A DNA stretch of 63,512 nt, counting the filler, from Actinomycetota bacterium (GTDB taxonomy: Bacteria; Actinomycetota; Actinomycetes; JAKEEW01), in the NCBI GenBank assembly GCA_046725875.1. It is 5 parts of 5 records of this genome, joined end to end, with 100 filler letters (N's around TTAATTAATTAA, not from the genome) between each part and the next. Parts side by side here need not be neighbours in the genome. Positions count along the whole stretch, not along the records: positions 1 to 25,299 come from JBKOZJ010000065.1; 4 more parts are not named here. The stretch is one strand, 5' to 3'. Of this stretch, positions 8,884-17,993 are shown piece by piece. Position 1 is the first letter of the stretch, and the number at the start of each line of letters is the position of its first letter. The position numbers and the translations under genes were made by a program. The notes beneath the pieces were generated by a model that was given only the letters and a program-made list of their open reading frames with translations, made no database searches and was not told the origin of the DNA.

Positions 8884-10332
8884 ATGATGATGCCAGATTC
8901 GACCTATCTAATCGTCGGCGCGAGCTTGGCTGGGGCCAGGGCCGCGCAGACCCTCCGGGAGGAGGGGTTCGACGGTCCCCTGCTCCTGGTCGGCGACGAG
9001 CGAGAGCGACCCTATAAGCGGCCGCCGCTGTCCAAGGAGTACCTGCTGGGCAAGGCCGAGCGGGAAACGATCTACGTTCATCCGCCGACGTGGTACGCCG
9101 AACACGACGTCGACCTGCGGCTGGAAACGGAGGTCGCCGCCATCGATCCCGCCTCCCATGAGGTGACGTTCGCCGATGGCGGCCGGATCGGCTACGCCAA
9201 GCTGCTGCTAACCACCGGATCGAGCCCGCGGCGACTGTCCGTCCCGGGTGCCGACCTCGACCAAGTCCTCTACCTCCGCCGGGCAGCCGACAGCGACCGA
9301 ATCAAGGACACCTTCGGGTTCGTCTCTCGGGTCGCCGTGATCGGTGGTGGCTGGATCGGTTTGGAGACCGCTGCGGCCGCCCGCGCCGCCGGCGTCGAGG
9401 TGACGTTGCTGGAAACGGCGGAACTCCCCTTGCTTCGGGTGCTCGGCCGCGAGGCGGCCCAGGTGTTTGCCAACTTGCATCGCCAGAACGGGGTTGACCT
9501 GCGTTCCGGCGTCCAAGTCGACGAGATCACCGGCCGCGGGGGCCAGGCGAGCGGTGTGCGGCTTGCCGATGGCAGCCACATTGAGGCGGACGCGATCATC
9601 GTCGGTGTCGGCATCACGCCCAACACTGAACTCGCCAGCGATGCGGGCCTCGATGTCGACAACGGCGTCCGGGTCGACGCACGGCTGCAATCCTCAAACC
9701 CGGAGATCTATGCCGCCGGGGATGTCGCGAATGCGTTCCACCCCCTTCTGGGCAAGCACATCCGCGTCGAGCACTGGGCCAACGCGCAGTATCAACCAGT
9801 GACTGCTGCCAAGGCGATGCTTGGGCAGGATGTCAGCTACGACCGGGTGCCCTACTTCTACACAGATCAGTACGACCTGGGGATGGAGTATTGGGGCTAC
9901 GTCGAACCCGGCCGATACGACGAGGTGGTCTTCCGCGGCGACGTCGATAGCCGCGAATTCGTCGCCTTCTGGCTCGCCGACAATCGTGTGCTGGCCGCGA
10001 TGCACGTGAATGTTTGGCAAGCGAGCCGCCACATCGAGCCCCTTGTACGCTCCGGTCGACCCGTCGACAAGGGCAAGCTCGCTGACCCGGCGGTGGCCCT
10101 CGACACGCTCCTCGTAAGTGAGCAGCGACCACCGACCTCGACAAACCCCCTGCCCTTGATCGTGGTCTTACCGTCTCATGGGTCGGCGAGGTCGCCGTAT
10201 GCGATGGCTCATACTCGAACGAATGGAGTTGGCCTCGCTCTGCGGGGGGTGTCGGGACCAGTTGCTCACCCAGCCGGCCAGCGCGATCACCAGCGTTGCG
10301 TTCGTCGTGGCGGGCGCCGCCCTCCTTGCTAG
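8884..10332 (+). CDS. FAD/NAD(P)-dependent ferredoxin reductase-type oxidoreductase
   Basis: IVGASLAG, PYKRPPLSKEYL, VIGGGWIGLE, IYAAGDVA, RVEHWANA, VPYFYTDQYD; the residues after about 10113 look like an atypical extension. Confidence 0.88.
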   Translation: MMMPDSTYLIVGASLAGARAAQTLREEGFDGPLLLVGDERERPYKRPPLSKEYLLGKAERETIYVHPPTWYAEHDVDLRLETEVAAIDPASHEVTFADGGRIGYAKLLLTTGSSPRRLSVPGADLDQVLYLRRAADSDRIKDTFGFVSRVAVIGGGWIGLETAAAARAAGVEVTLLETAELPLLRVLGREAAQVFANLHRQNGVDLRSGVQVDEITGRGGQASGVRLADGSHIEADAIIVGVGITPNTELASDAGLDVDNGVRVDARLQSSNPEIYAAGDVANAFHPLLGKHIRVEHWANAQYQPVTAAKAMLGQDVSYDRVPYFYTDQYDLGMEYWGYVEPGRYDEVVFRGDVDSREFVAFWLADNRVLAAMHVNVWQASRHIEPLVRSGRPVDKGKLADPAVALDTLLVSEQRPPTSTNPLPLIVVLPSHGSARSPYAMAHTRTNGVGLALRGVSGPVAHPAGQRDHQRCVRRGGRRPPC

Positions 10333-10894
10333 ACGCCGTCCACTCTGGCGCCGCCGCGACGCGCCGGTGCACGACCGGCAGAATGCTGTCTATGGGATCC
10401 TTGTGTCCGGGATCGGCGTGGGATCGTTCGTCCAGCACGGGCCGCACCCGGACTGGCAGGCATACGCCCATGATCTGCCCATTGCCGCCGTGATGGCGTT
10501 CGTCGCTGCGGACGCGGTGTCGGACCTCACGGCACGCGAACTGTCACCCGCCTGGTGGCTTGTCCCTACGGGGGCGATGGTTCCCGTCGTAGCTTCAGGC
10601 GCGACGCTGTCTACGATCGTCCAGACCGTGATGGCGACCGGCGCCATCGGCCTGAGCTTGGTACGGGCTCGACGCCGCCCCCAGCTACGTGGGACGGTAC
10701 GCGCGGCGCTGGTGATCCTGGCCGCCGGCGCATCGCTAGGCGCGCTGATGGACCGAGCCTCGCAATGGCAAACCGGCGGTGCTGTCGGCCATGCGATTTG
10801 GCATGTGCTGGCTGCCGCGGCCTTGTGGCGGCTGGCCCCCGTTGTCGGCGCAAGGCTCTCGCCGGCAGCAAACCTCGTCGGTCCGTGGTGCTGA
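10223..10894 (+). CDS. Multi-pass membrane protein, ceramidase/CREST-like hydrolase
   Basis: About 7 hydrophobic segments; QPASAITS, GSFVQH (SxxxH), HAIWH (HxxxH); start uncertain. Confidence 0.6.
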   Translation: MELASLCGGCRDQLLTQPASAITSVAFVVAGAALLARRRPLWRRRDAPVHDRQNAVYGILVSGIGVGSFVQHGPHPDWQAYAHDLPIAAVMAFVAADAVSDLTARELSPAWWLVPTGAMVPVVASGATLSTIVQTVMATGAIGLSLVRARRRPQLRGTVRAALVILAAGASLGALMDRASQWQTGGAVGHAIWHVLAAAALWRLAPVVGARLSPAANLVGPWC

Positions 10895-10953
10895 CACCAC
10901 ATCAAGCCAGCCGCACTGGCCGACCGGAACTATCTCGGCGAAGTGAGCGCATG

Positions 10954-11538
10954 TTAGGAGGACGGCCGAAGCCGAGATCGTGTCTTCACCGCTGCGCGTC
11001 CGCGCCGGCGGGCTCGCGCCACACCGTCGACGTGCTCGTCCGCGTCATCACCGAGTGAGGTCGCCAACGTCTCGAGGAGGTTCGCGAGTTCCGCGTGCTC
11101 CTGGTCGGTCAGTTCGCTGAGTAGTCGCTGTTCATTGGCAACGTGCTCGGGCAGGATCACATCAACCAGACCCTTCCCCTTGCGCGTTAGCGACACGGTC
11201 GTCGACCGGCCGTCGTTTGGGTCTGGCTGCCGGCGAATCAGTCCACGAGCCTCGAGCGCCCTGAGCCGCTTGGTCATCCCGCCGCTCGAGACGATGAGCG
11301 CTTTGCTTAGCTCCGTAGGGGTTAGTCGGTAGGGCCGTCCGCGTCGGCGGAGGGCGGCGAGGACGTCGAACTCTCCTCCGGTCACCCCGTGCGCGTTGAA
11401 CACGCGCTCCAGCTCAGCCTGCAGCAGCTGGGCCAGCCGAGAAATGCGGCCAACGACAGCAAATGCCGACCGGTCGAGTTCAGGCGCTGCACGTTGCCAC
11501 TGCTCGAGTACGTGGTGGATGTGATCTCTCTGCTGCAT
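10954..11538 (-). CDS. MarR family regulator
   Basis: EFDVLAALRRRG, LTPTELS, SSGGMTKRLRALE, PDPNDGRS. Confidence 0.9.
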   Translation of the reverse strand: MQQRDHIHHVLEQWQRAAPELDRSAFAVVGRISRLAQLLQAELERVFNAHGVTGGEFDVLAALRRRGRPYRLTPTELSKALIVSSGGMTKRLRALEARGLIRRQPDPNDGRSTTVSLTRKGKGLVDVILPEHVANEQRLLSELTDQEHAELANLLETLATSLGDDADEHVDGVARARRRGRAAVKTRSRLRPSS

Positions 11539-11601
11539 CAGGCAAACGTACTATCTATCTAGATTGCTTTCTAAGAAGATAAATCTGGAGTACGAGAATA
11601 G

Positions 11602-12471
11602 GTGGCTGCGCTCCTCTTTGCCGCGCTCGCCGGCGCATCCTTCGGCGCACTTGCGGTGGCCGTGCGCTGGGGCCTCCGCGGTGGCGCCGACGCCGAGGTT
11701 GCCGCGCTTGTTGCGACGACCCTTGGGGTCGCCATGTCGGCCGTGGTCGCGGCGCCCTCGCTCGCGGGGGAAGGCGTCGACCGCGCTGAGCTCTGGCCAT
11801 TTTTCGCGGCGGGGCTGATCGCTCCGGGCGCCTCGCAGATCCTGCTGACGCTCTCTGTCCGCCACGCCGGGCCAACGCGGGCCGCGATGCTCATGGGAAC
11901 GGCCCCGCTGATGTCGATCATGATCGCGCTTACGGTACTCGACGAATCGTTCCGTCTCCTCCTCGTCCTCGGTACCGTGCTGATCGTCTTCGGCGGCCTC
12001 GTGCTAGCCCGCGAGCGGACGCATCCGGCGCACTTCCGCGTTCGCGGCCTCATGCTGGCCCTCATTTGCGCCGCGCTCTTCGCCGCCCGCGACAACATCC
12101 TTCGCTGGGGAGCCTCCAACGAGCATCCACCGCCACTCGTGGCGGCGACGGCGTCCCTGCTCGGCGCCGCCTTGTTCACTCTCGTCTATCTGGTGGTTGC
12201 CCGCCGCGACCGCCTGCGCGCGCAGCTGCTACGGTCCCTGCCCGCGTTCGCGCCGGCTGGCGTCGCCCTAGCCGCTGGCTACGGCGCACTGCTGGCCGCG
12301 CTCGACAACGGACCCGTCAGCGTCGTCTCACCGCTCAATGCGACCGGGTCCCTGTGGGCCGTTCTCCTGGCAGCGCTGGTGATCGGACGAAGCGAGCAAA
12401 TCGGCCGACGCACGGTGCTTGCGGCAACTCTGATCTTTGCGGGGGGTGTGTTGATCGGTGCCTGCTGCTGA
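11602..12471 (+). CDS. DMT/EamA family transporter
   Basis: About 10 TM segments in two repeats; GPVSVVSPL; divergent from MarR. Confidence 0.8.
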   Translation: MAALLFAALAGASFGALAVAVRWGLRGGADAEVAALVATTLGVAMSAVVAAPSLAGEGVDRAELWPFFAAGLIAPGASQILLTLSVRHAGPTRAAMLMGTAPLMSIMIALTVLDESFRLLLVLGTVLIVFGGLVLARERTHPAHFRVRGLMLALICAALFAARDNILRWGASNEHPPPLVAATASLLGAALFTLVYLVVARRDRLRAQLLRSLPAFAPAGVALAAGYGALLAALDNGPVSVVSPLNATGSLWAVLLAALVIGRSEQIGRRTVLAATLIFAGGVLIGACC

Positions 12472-12492
12472 CCAGCAGGGTAATGAACGCGG

Positions 12493-13884
12493 TCAGTAGA
12501 CCCACCGGGTGCGGGCGGCGATCTCGTCCGGGTCTGCGTTGTCGAACAGGTCGATCTCTCCGCGCCGAACGACGGTGAGAGTATCGGCCAGTTCCTTGCC
12601 GAGGGCGTCCTTCAGCACCTTGTCCGACTCAAACGCGGCGAGCGCTTCGGCCAGTGATGCCGGCACCGGGGCGATGCCACGCGCTGCCCGGTCGGCCGGA
12701 TCCAGGCAGGCCGGGTCCACATCGACCGGCTCTGGCAGGGTGGCGCCAACCGCTAGCCCGTCCCGGCCCGCGGCGATCAGTGCGGCCAAGGCAAGGTATG
12801 GATTGGCCGCTGCATCGAACGACTTGACCTCGAGGTTGGCCGCCTGCGGCCGATCTCCGGCCACGCCCATGATGAAACGCAGCGCTGCTTCGCGATTCTC
12901 CAATCCCCAGCAAACGAATGCACCTGCCCAATGAGATGGCACGAGGCGCAGGTAGCTGGCCACGGATGGCGCGCCGATGGCGAGCAGCGCGGGCAGGTGG
13001 GCCAGGATTCCCGCAGTGAAGGATTCCGCGGCCGGGGTCATGCCGTAACGACGATCTCCGCCGGCCATCGCATTGACGCCATCTCGCCACAGGCTGACGT
13101 GGACGTGCCCGCCGTTGCCGACCTTGCCCGCGAGCACCTTTGGGGCGAACGATGCGCGCAGTCCCTGGCCGCTGCTGATCGCGCGGATCGTCTCGCGTAC
13201 GAGGACCGCCGTGTCGGCGGCCCCTACTGGACCCTCCGCGGCGACCGAGACCTCGTACTGGCCGGCCGCATATTCGGGGTGGATCTGCTCAACCGCCAGC
13301 GCTTGAGCGGCCAGCGCATCCAGCACATGTACGAGATAGCTGGACAGCTCACTCAACCTGGTCATCCCATAGGCCGGTCCATGGCTGGCCGGAACGAACT
13401 CGTTCCCGGTGCCGGCCGAGACACACCACTCCACTTCAAAGGCGGCCCGCAAGGAGAAGCCCTCGGCGGCGAGCAGGGCGACCTCGCGGTGAAGGACAGC
13501 GCGTGCGTCTTGTGAGTGGGGCATGCCGTTCTGGTCGTAGCGGTCGGCGGGAGCCCAGGCCCAACGTGGCTGCGCTGCCAACGCGGTCAGCCGCTCCACC
13601 GCAGGGTGCAACCGCAGGTCGCCCACCGGTCCGCCGGCGAAGCGACCGGTCACGCCTGAGTCGTCGACCAGGAAGGTGTCGAAAACAGGAGAGGCGCCGA
13701 CTCCCCAGGCGGCTGCGTGTTCGAGATGCGTCAGCGGGACCGCCTTAACCCTGGTGACACCGCTGTTGTCGACCCAGGTCAGAGCAACTCCGGCGACACC
13801 GCGGGCGGCCAGGTCAGCGGCCGCTCGACGAGCCTGAGCGGCCCGCCGCGCCCGGTCCTGGGCTCCCAACCCTTTCCCTTCCAT
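12493..13884 (-). CDS. Glutamine synthetase-like (gamma-glutamyl ligase) protein
   Basis: AFEVEW, EQIHPEYAAGQYE, GNGGHVHVSL, WGLENREAALR, NLEVKSFDAAANPYL. Confidence 0.9.
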   Translation of the reverse strand: MEGKGLGAQDRARRAAQARRAAADLAARGVAGVALTWVDNSGVTRVKAVPLTHLEHAAAWGVGASPVFDTFLVDDSGVTGRFAGGPVGDLRLHPAVERLTALAAQPRWAWAPADRYDQNGMPHSQDARAVLHREVALLAAEGFSLRAAFEVEWCVSAGTGNEFVPASHGPAYGMTRLSELSSYLVHVLDALAAQALAVEQIHPEYAAGQYEVSVAAEGPVGAADTAVLVRETIRAISSGQGLRASFAPKVLAGKVGNGGHVHVSLWRDGVNAMAGGDRRYGMTPAAESFTAGILAHLPALLAIGAPSVASYLRLVPSHWAGAFVCWGLENREAALRFIMGVAGDRPQAANLEVKSFDAAANPYLALAALIAAGRDGLAVGATLPEPVDVDPACLDPADRAARGIAPVPASLAEALAAFESDKVLKDALGKELADTLTVVRRGEIDLFDNADPDEIAARTRWVY

Positions 13885-13909
13885 TGCGCCCCCTCGGAGA
13901 ATCTCGGGT

Positions 13910-15058
13910 ATGACCAGCGTGGTCGGGTCGCTGCCCTACGTGGAGAAGCTACGGCTAGTGGACCACCACTGCCACGGGGTGCTGCACCGCCCTGTGGACA
14001 GGCGCGGGTTCGAGGAGATGCTGACCGAGGCGCGCTCAACCGGTCCACTTGGGGGCAGCATGTTCGACTCGGAGATCGGGTTCGCCGTCCGGCGTTGGTG
14101 CGCCCCGGTGCTCGACCTGAAGGTCGGCGCCGACCCCGATTCCTATCTCGCCCGCCGGGCCGAGCTCGGCCCGGACGAGGTAACGCTTCGATTCCTGCGC
14201 ACGGCCGGGCTGAGCGCGCTATGCGTTGACACCGGATATTTGCCCGAGCCGCTCCTGTCCCCGGCCGAGCTGGGGGCAGCCGCCGGCGCGCCGGCGTACG
14301 AGGTGGTGCGGTTGGAGGCGGTCGCCGAGCAGGTGGCGCGGTCAGCTACAAGCGCCTCCGGATTCGCCGACGCCGTACGCAGCGTGCTGGCCGAGGAGAC
14401 CCGAACCGCGGTCGCGGTGAAGAGCATCGCGGCCTACCGCGTCGGTCTCGGGCTAAGCGGCGCGCGGCCAACCGAAGCCGAGGTTGCGGCCGCGGCCGGG
14501 CGCTGGCTGGCGACGGCCGCCAACGGGTCACCGGCGCGGCTTGCCGACGAGGTGCTGCACCGTTTCCTGGTCTGGTGCGGCGTCGACGCTCGGCTGCCGG
14601 TCCAGTTCCACGTCGGGTATGGCGATGCCGACATCGAGCTACACCGGTGCAGCCCGCTGCAGCTCACCGATCTGCTGCGGGCCCTGGCGCCTACCGGCGT
14701 GCCGGTGCTCCTGCTCCACAACTATCCGTTCCATCGGGAGGCCGGCTACCTAGCGCAGATCTTCCCCAATGTGTTCATCGACGTCTCGTTGGCGACCCAC
14801 AATGTCGGTCGCCGAGCCACCACGCTGATCGCCGAGACGTTGGAGCTGGCGCCGTTCGGCAAGCTCCTGTTCGCCTCCGACGCTTTCGGTTTGCCTGAGC
14901 TCTACCACCTGAGCAGCCTGCTCTTCCGTCGCGGCCTCTCACAGATCCTGCGCGAGGGTCTCGACGAGGAAAGCTGGACCCACGCCGAGGCTGTGCGAAT
15001 CGCTCGCCTGATCGGCCTGGAGAACGCCTGCCGGGTCTACCGCATTACGCCGCGGTAG
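13910..15058 (+). CDS. Amidohydrolase (FluG N-terminal-like)
   Basis: LVDHHCHG, KSIAAYR, QFHVGYGD, LLHNYPFHREAGYLA, KLLFASDAFG. Confidence 0.88.
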   Translation: MTSVVGSLPYVEKLRLVDHHCHGVLHRPVDRRGFEEMLTEARSTGPLGGSMFDSEIGFAVRRWCAPVLDLKVGADPDSYLARRAELGPDEVTLRFLRTAGLSALCVDTGYLPEPLLSPAELGAAAGAPAYEVVRLEAVAEQVARSATSASGFADAVRSVLAEETRTAVAVKSIAAYRVGLGLSGARPTEAEVAAAAGRWLATAANGSPARLADEVLHRFLVWCGVDARLPVQFHVGYGDADIELHRCSPLQLTDLLRALAPTGVPVLLLHNYPFHREAGYLAQIFPNVFIDVSLATHNVGRRATTLIAETLELAPFGKLLFASDAFGLPELYHLSSLLFRRGLSQILREGLDEESWTHAEAVRIARLIGLENACRVYRITPR

Positions 15059-15066
15059 CGCGGTCC

Positions 15067-16092
15067 TTACCGCCCCAACCGGGCCGCTGAACTCGACGGA
15101 GTGGCCATACCGACCCACGACTGGACGAACTCGCGGTCGGTCCCGGCGAGCCAGGCGTGCTGGGGGACTTTGCGCCATCCCTCGGTCCGGGCGAGTTGCT
15201 CGACGGCACCGATGAGAGCATCAAGCCCGCGATGCCGGAGATCCCGGCGATAAACCATGGTCCAGACATAGAGCGGGACGGGGTCGATGAGCGGCCGCAC
15301 GACGATTCCCCGGATCTCGGGACCCTCGAGCTGCGTGAGAATCGGCCACCCCGTTGACCGCACATGGCGTCCCGTCTCGTCCGGTCCGGCGGCCGCGATC
15401 GCCGCCATCCCCGGATGGTGGTCGGGAGCGACGGCGCCGCCGTAGTCCGCGACGAGTTCCGCGCCGAGCTCTACCCACTCTGGTGCCTCCGGGTTTCCCG
15501 CGCTCGTATCGATGGTGCGGCCGGCGATCACGGCAAGCGGGATGGCCGGTAGGTACGCGAGCGGATCATCGTCGGGCAGCAGGAGGGCGAGCGGCTCGAG
15601 CCGGACAAGCCGCCGGGTCAGGTGCCTTGGGAACGGGTGGTCACGGCCGGTGCTTCGGCCGAACGCGACATCGACCCGGTCCGCGAGTAGTTCCCGCATT
15701 GCAGCACCGAACCCGCCGTGAAAGCGGCCCTCCAGACCGGACTCCGGTGCCTGCTTGCGGGCGAGCGACAGCGCTCGGGCAGCGGTTGATCGATCGCGCA
15801 TCACGTCGACGATCAGGGGGCGGCCGGAGCCGGAGACGTCCTTGACGATCTGGTCGTGGAGGGCGATCAGCTCTCTGGCGCGAAGGAGGAGCCGCTCGCC
15901 ATCAGGTGTGAGGGCGACCCGGCGGGTGGAGCGGACGAACAGCTGAACGCCGAGCTCACGTTCCAGCCGGGCGATGTCGCGACTCAGCGCCTGCTGTGCA
16001 ATGTAAAGCCGGGCGGCGGCGCGACCGAAGTGGAGTTCATCGGCCACGGCCACGAAGTGGCGTAGAAGCCGCGTGTCGACGTTGCGGGCCAC
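15067..16092 (-). CDS. LysR family regulator
   Basis: LRHFVAVADELHFGRAAARLYIAQQALSRDIARLE..LFVRSTRRVALT. Confidence 0.92.
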   Translation of the reverse strand: MARNVDTRLLRHFVAVADELHFGRAAARLYIAQQALSRDIARLERELGVQLFVRSTRRVALTPDGERLLLRARELIALHDQIVKDVSGSGRPLIVDVMRDRSTAARALSLARKQAPESGLEGRFHGGFGAAMRELLADRVDVAFGRSTGRDHPFPRHLTRRLVRLEPLALLLPDDDPLAYLPAIPLAVIAGRTIDTSAGNPEAPEWVELGAELVADYGGAVAPDHHPGMAAIAAAGPDETGRHVRSTGWPILTQLEGPEIRGIVVRPLIDPVPLYVWTMVYRRDLRHRGLDALIGAVEQLARTEGWRKVPQHAWLAGTDREFVQSWVGMATPSSSAARLGR

Positions 16093-16176
16093 CCAGCCAT
16101 ATTGACAACACCGGCGCGTGAATCGCCAGCGAGCAGGTGTTGGACGATCACGCGGCCGCTGGTTGACCGTTTGGGT

Positions 16177-17433
16177 ATGGATGTCGCGCGCGCCCGTTCG
16201 GCCACATCGACCCTAGGACTTCTCGCCCTGGCTACTGCGGTCGGCAGCACTGGGCTGGCAGCGGGCGGCACGGCGGGGGCTTTGATCGCGATAGACCTGA
16301 CGGACAGCACCGCGCTCGCTGGCATCCCGCTCGGCCTCCTGGTCCTCGGGTCGGCCGCGGGCGCGGTTCTGATCTCGCGTCGCTCGCAGCGGGCCGGGCG
16401 AGTTGCCGGGCTGATGCGGGGGTATGTGCTCGGGGCGGTCGGGGCCGCCGTCGTTATCGTTGGCACCGCCCTCGACAGCTTCGGTCTTGTTCTCGTGGGG
16501 AGCCTCGGGCTAGGCGCGGCGAATGCGGCCGTCTTCCTTAGCCGGTACGCCGCGGCCGAGGCGGGTGGCGCCGGCGGACGCGGGCGGGCGCTGGGCGTTG
16601 TACTCGGCGCGGCCGCCGTCGGAGCGGTGGCGAGCCCGAACCTCCTCGGACCGAGCGGTCAGCTTGTGAGCTGGCTAGGCCTTCCTCGGCTGGCTGGGCT
16701 GCACCTGCTCGCCGTGTCGTCTTTCCTCGTCGCTGGTGCGCTCCTTTCTGCGCTGCCGGTCCGCGCCCGCACCGCCCGAGCCGCTGTGCTACGAGAAGGG
16801 ACGCGCACCGAGACCAGAGACACGATCCGAGATGGCCACGTCCGGCTGGCGCTGGTCGTACTCGCCGCGACGAACCTCGTGATGGTCGCCACGATGGCGG
16901 TCGCGCCGGCGCATCTGGCCGCCCATGGCTACAGTCTGGGCAGCATCGGCGTCGTGGTCAGCGTGCACGTGCTGGGGATGTTCGCGCCCTCGCCGCTCTC
17001 CGGGTGGCTCGCCGACCGGGCAGGTGGAGGTGCCGTTGCCGCCGTCGGTGCCGTCATCCTCGTGGGAGCCGGCTTCGGTGGAGCGATCGCGGGGGCGCAT
17101 GAGGGCTTGGGGTTCACCGCCGTCCTGGTGCTGCTCGGGATCGGCTGGAACGCCGGAGTGGTCGGCGGCAGCACCATGCTCGTCGCATCCGTTCCCCAGG
17201 GCGCCCCGAACGCCGAAGGGATCGGCGAGGTCGCGATGGGCCTGGCCGCCGGCGCCGGTGCACCCATCGCCGGCGTGATGATCGCAATCGGTGGTTTTCC
17301 GACACTCTCCGTCGCATGCGCGGCCGTCAGCGTGCTCATCCTCGCCGTGCTTTGCGTCGCTCCGAGGAGCCCGGTGTCACGACAGCTCGCGCACGACGAC
17401 GGCGACGTGGTAGTCGCCCGTGAGCGCGGCTAG
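16177..17433 (+). CDS. MFS transporter
   Basis: About 12 TM; RYAAAE, HVLGMFAPSPLSGWLADR, LLGIGWN; divergent from LysR. Confidence 0.85.
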   Translation: MDVARARSATSTLGLLALATAVGSTGLAAGGTAGALIAIDLTDSTALAGIPLGLLVLGSAAGAVLISRRSQRAGRVAGLMRGYVLGAVGAAVVIVGTALDSFGLVLVGSLGLGAANAAVFLSRYAAAEAGGAGGRGRALGVVLGAAAVGAVASPNLLGPSGQLVSWLGLPRLAGLHLLAVSSFLVAGALLSALPVRARTARAAVLREGTRTETRDTIRDGHVRLALVVLAATNLVMVATMAVAPAHLAAHGYSLGSIGVVVSVHVLGMFAPSPLSGWLADRAGGGAVAAVGAVILVGAGFGGAIAGAHEGLGFTAVLVLLGIGWNAGVVGGSTMLVASVPQGAPNAEGIGEVAMGLAAGAGAPIAGVMIAIGGFPTLSVACAAVSVLILAVLCVAPRSPVSRQLAHDDGDVVVARERG

Positions 17434-17559
17434 CTGATCCTCCTCGGCGGAAAGCAGGGCGTCGCTCCATGCGGCGGCACGCCTTGCGAGGATGGCGAGA
17501 CCGAGTGGACCCCGCTCCGAAACCCATCGCTGATCGAATGGGTGACGATCTAGCCGAGA

Positions 17560-17586
17560 TGTCGAAGACCGATGGACTGCTCCGAC
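17560..17586 (+). promoter_or_regulatory. ECF42-type promoter
   Basis: TGTCGA-N17-CGAC upstream of the DGPF gene; same motif at 61856. Confidence 0.7.
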
Positions 17587-17627
17587 CGAGCTATGGAAGA
17601 GGTCATCCAGCGGAAGGGAGCAAGACC

Positions 17628-17993
17628 GTGAAGTACGTCGCGCTTGTCTACAACAACCCCGGTGCCTTCGAGGCATTGTCGGAACGTGAACGCGATGAGC
17701 TGATGCGCGACGCCGACGCCTACCTGCAGGAGTTCACCGAATCCGGCGAGCTGCTGAGCGGCGGCGTCGCCCTTGCCGACCCGTCCACCGGCAAGACTGT
17801 ACGGATACGAAACGGCGTCCCGGCCGTCACGGACGGACCGTTCGCCGAAGCCAAGGAGCAGCTGGCCGGCTACTACGTGCTCGACTGCGAGAGCCTCGAG
17901 CGAGCCACGGAGATCGTCACACATGACCCAGCTGCGCGGTTCTGGGCTGTTGAAGTACGGCCAATCATGGACACGGCCGGCGAGGAGATGTGA
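17628..17993 (+). CDS. YCII-related (DGPF) protein
   Basis: VTDGPFAEAKEQLAGYY, VEVRPI; RBS before GTG at 17628. Confidence 0.9.
   Translation: MKYVALVYNNPGAFEALSERERDELMRDADAYLQEFTESGELLSGGVALADPSTGKTVRIRNGVPAVTDGPFAEAKEQLAGYYVLDCESLERATEIVTHDPAARFWAVEVRPIMDTAGEEM

Noticed and set aside
11549..11595. AT-rich imperfect palindromes between MarR and EamA
   Set aside because: Probably the MarR operator, but I could not define a clean site
16106..16142. CAACACC-N23-GGTGTTG inverted repeat between LysR and MFS
   Set aside because: Plausible LysR site but short and ordinary
17377..17560. Minus-strand protein-like text (GPLGLAILARRAAAWSDALL..)
   Set aside because: No start or RBS and no family recognised; overlaps the MFS end and the ECF promoter
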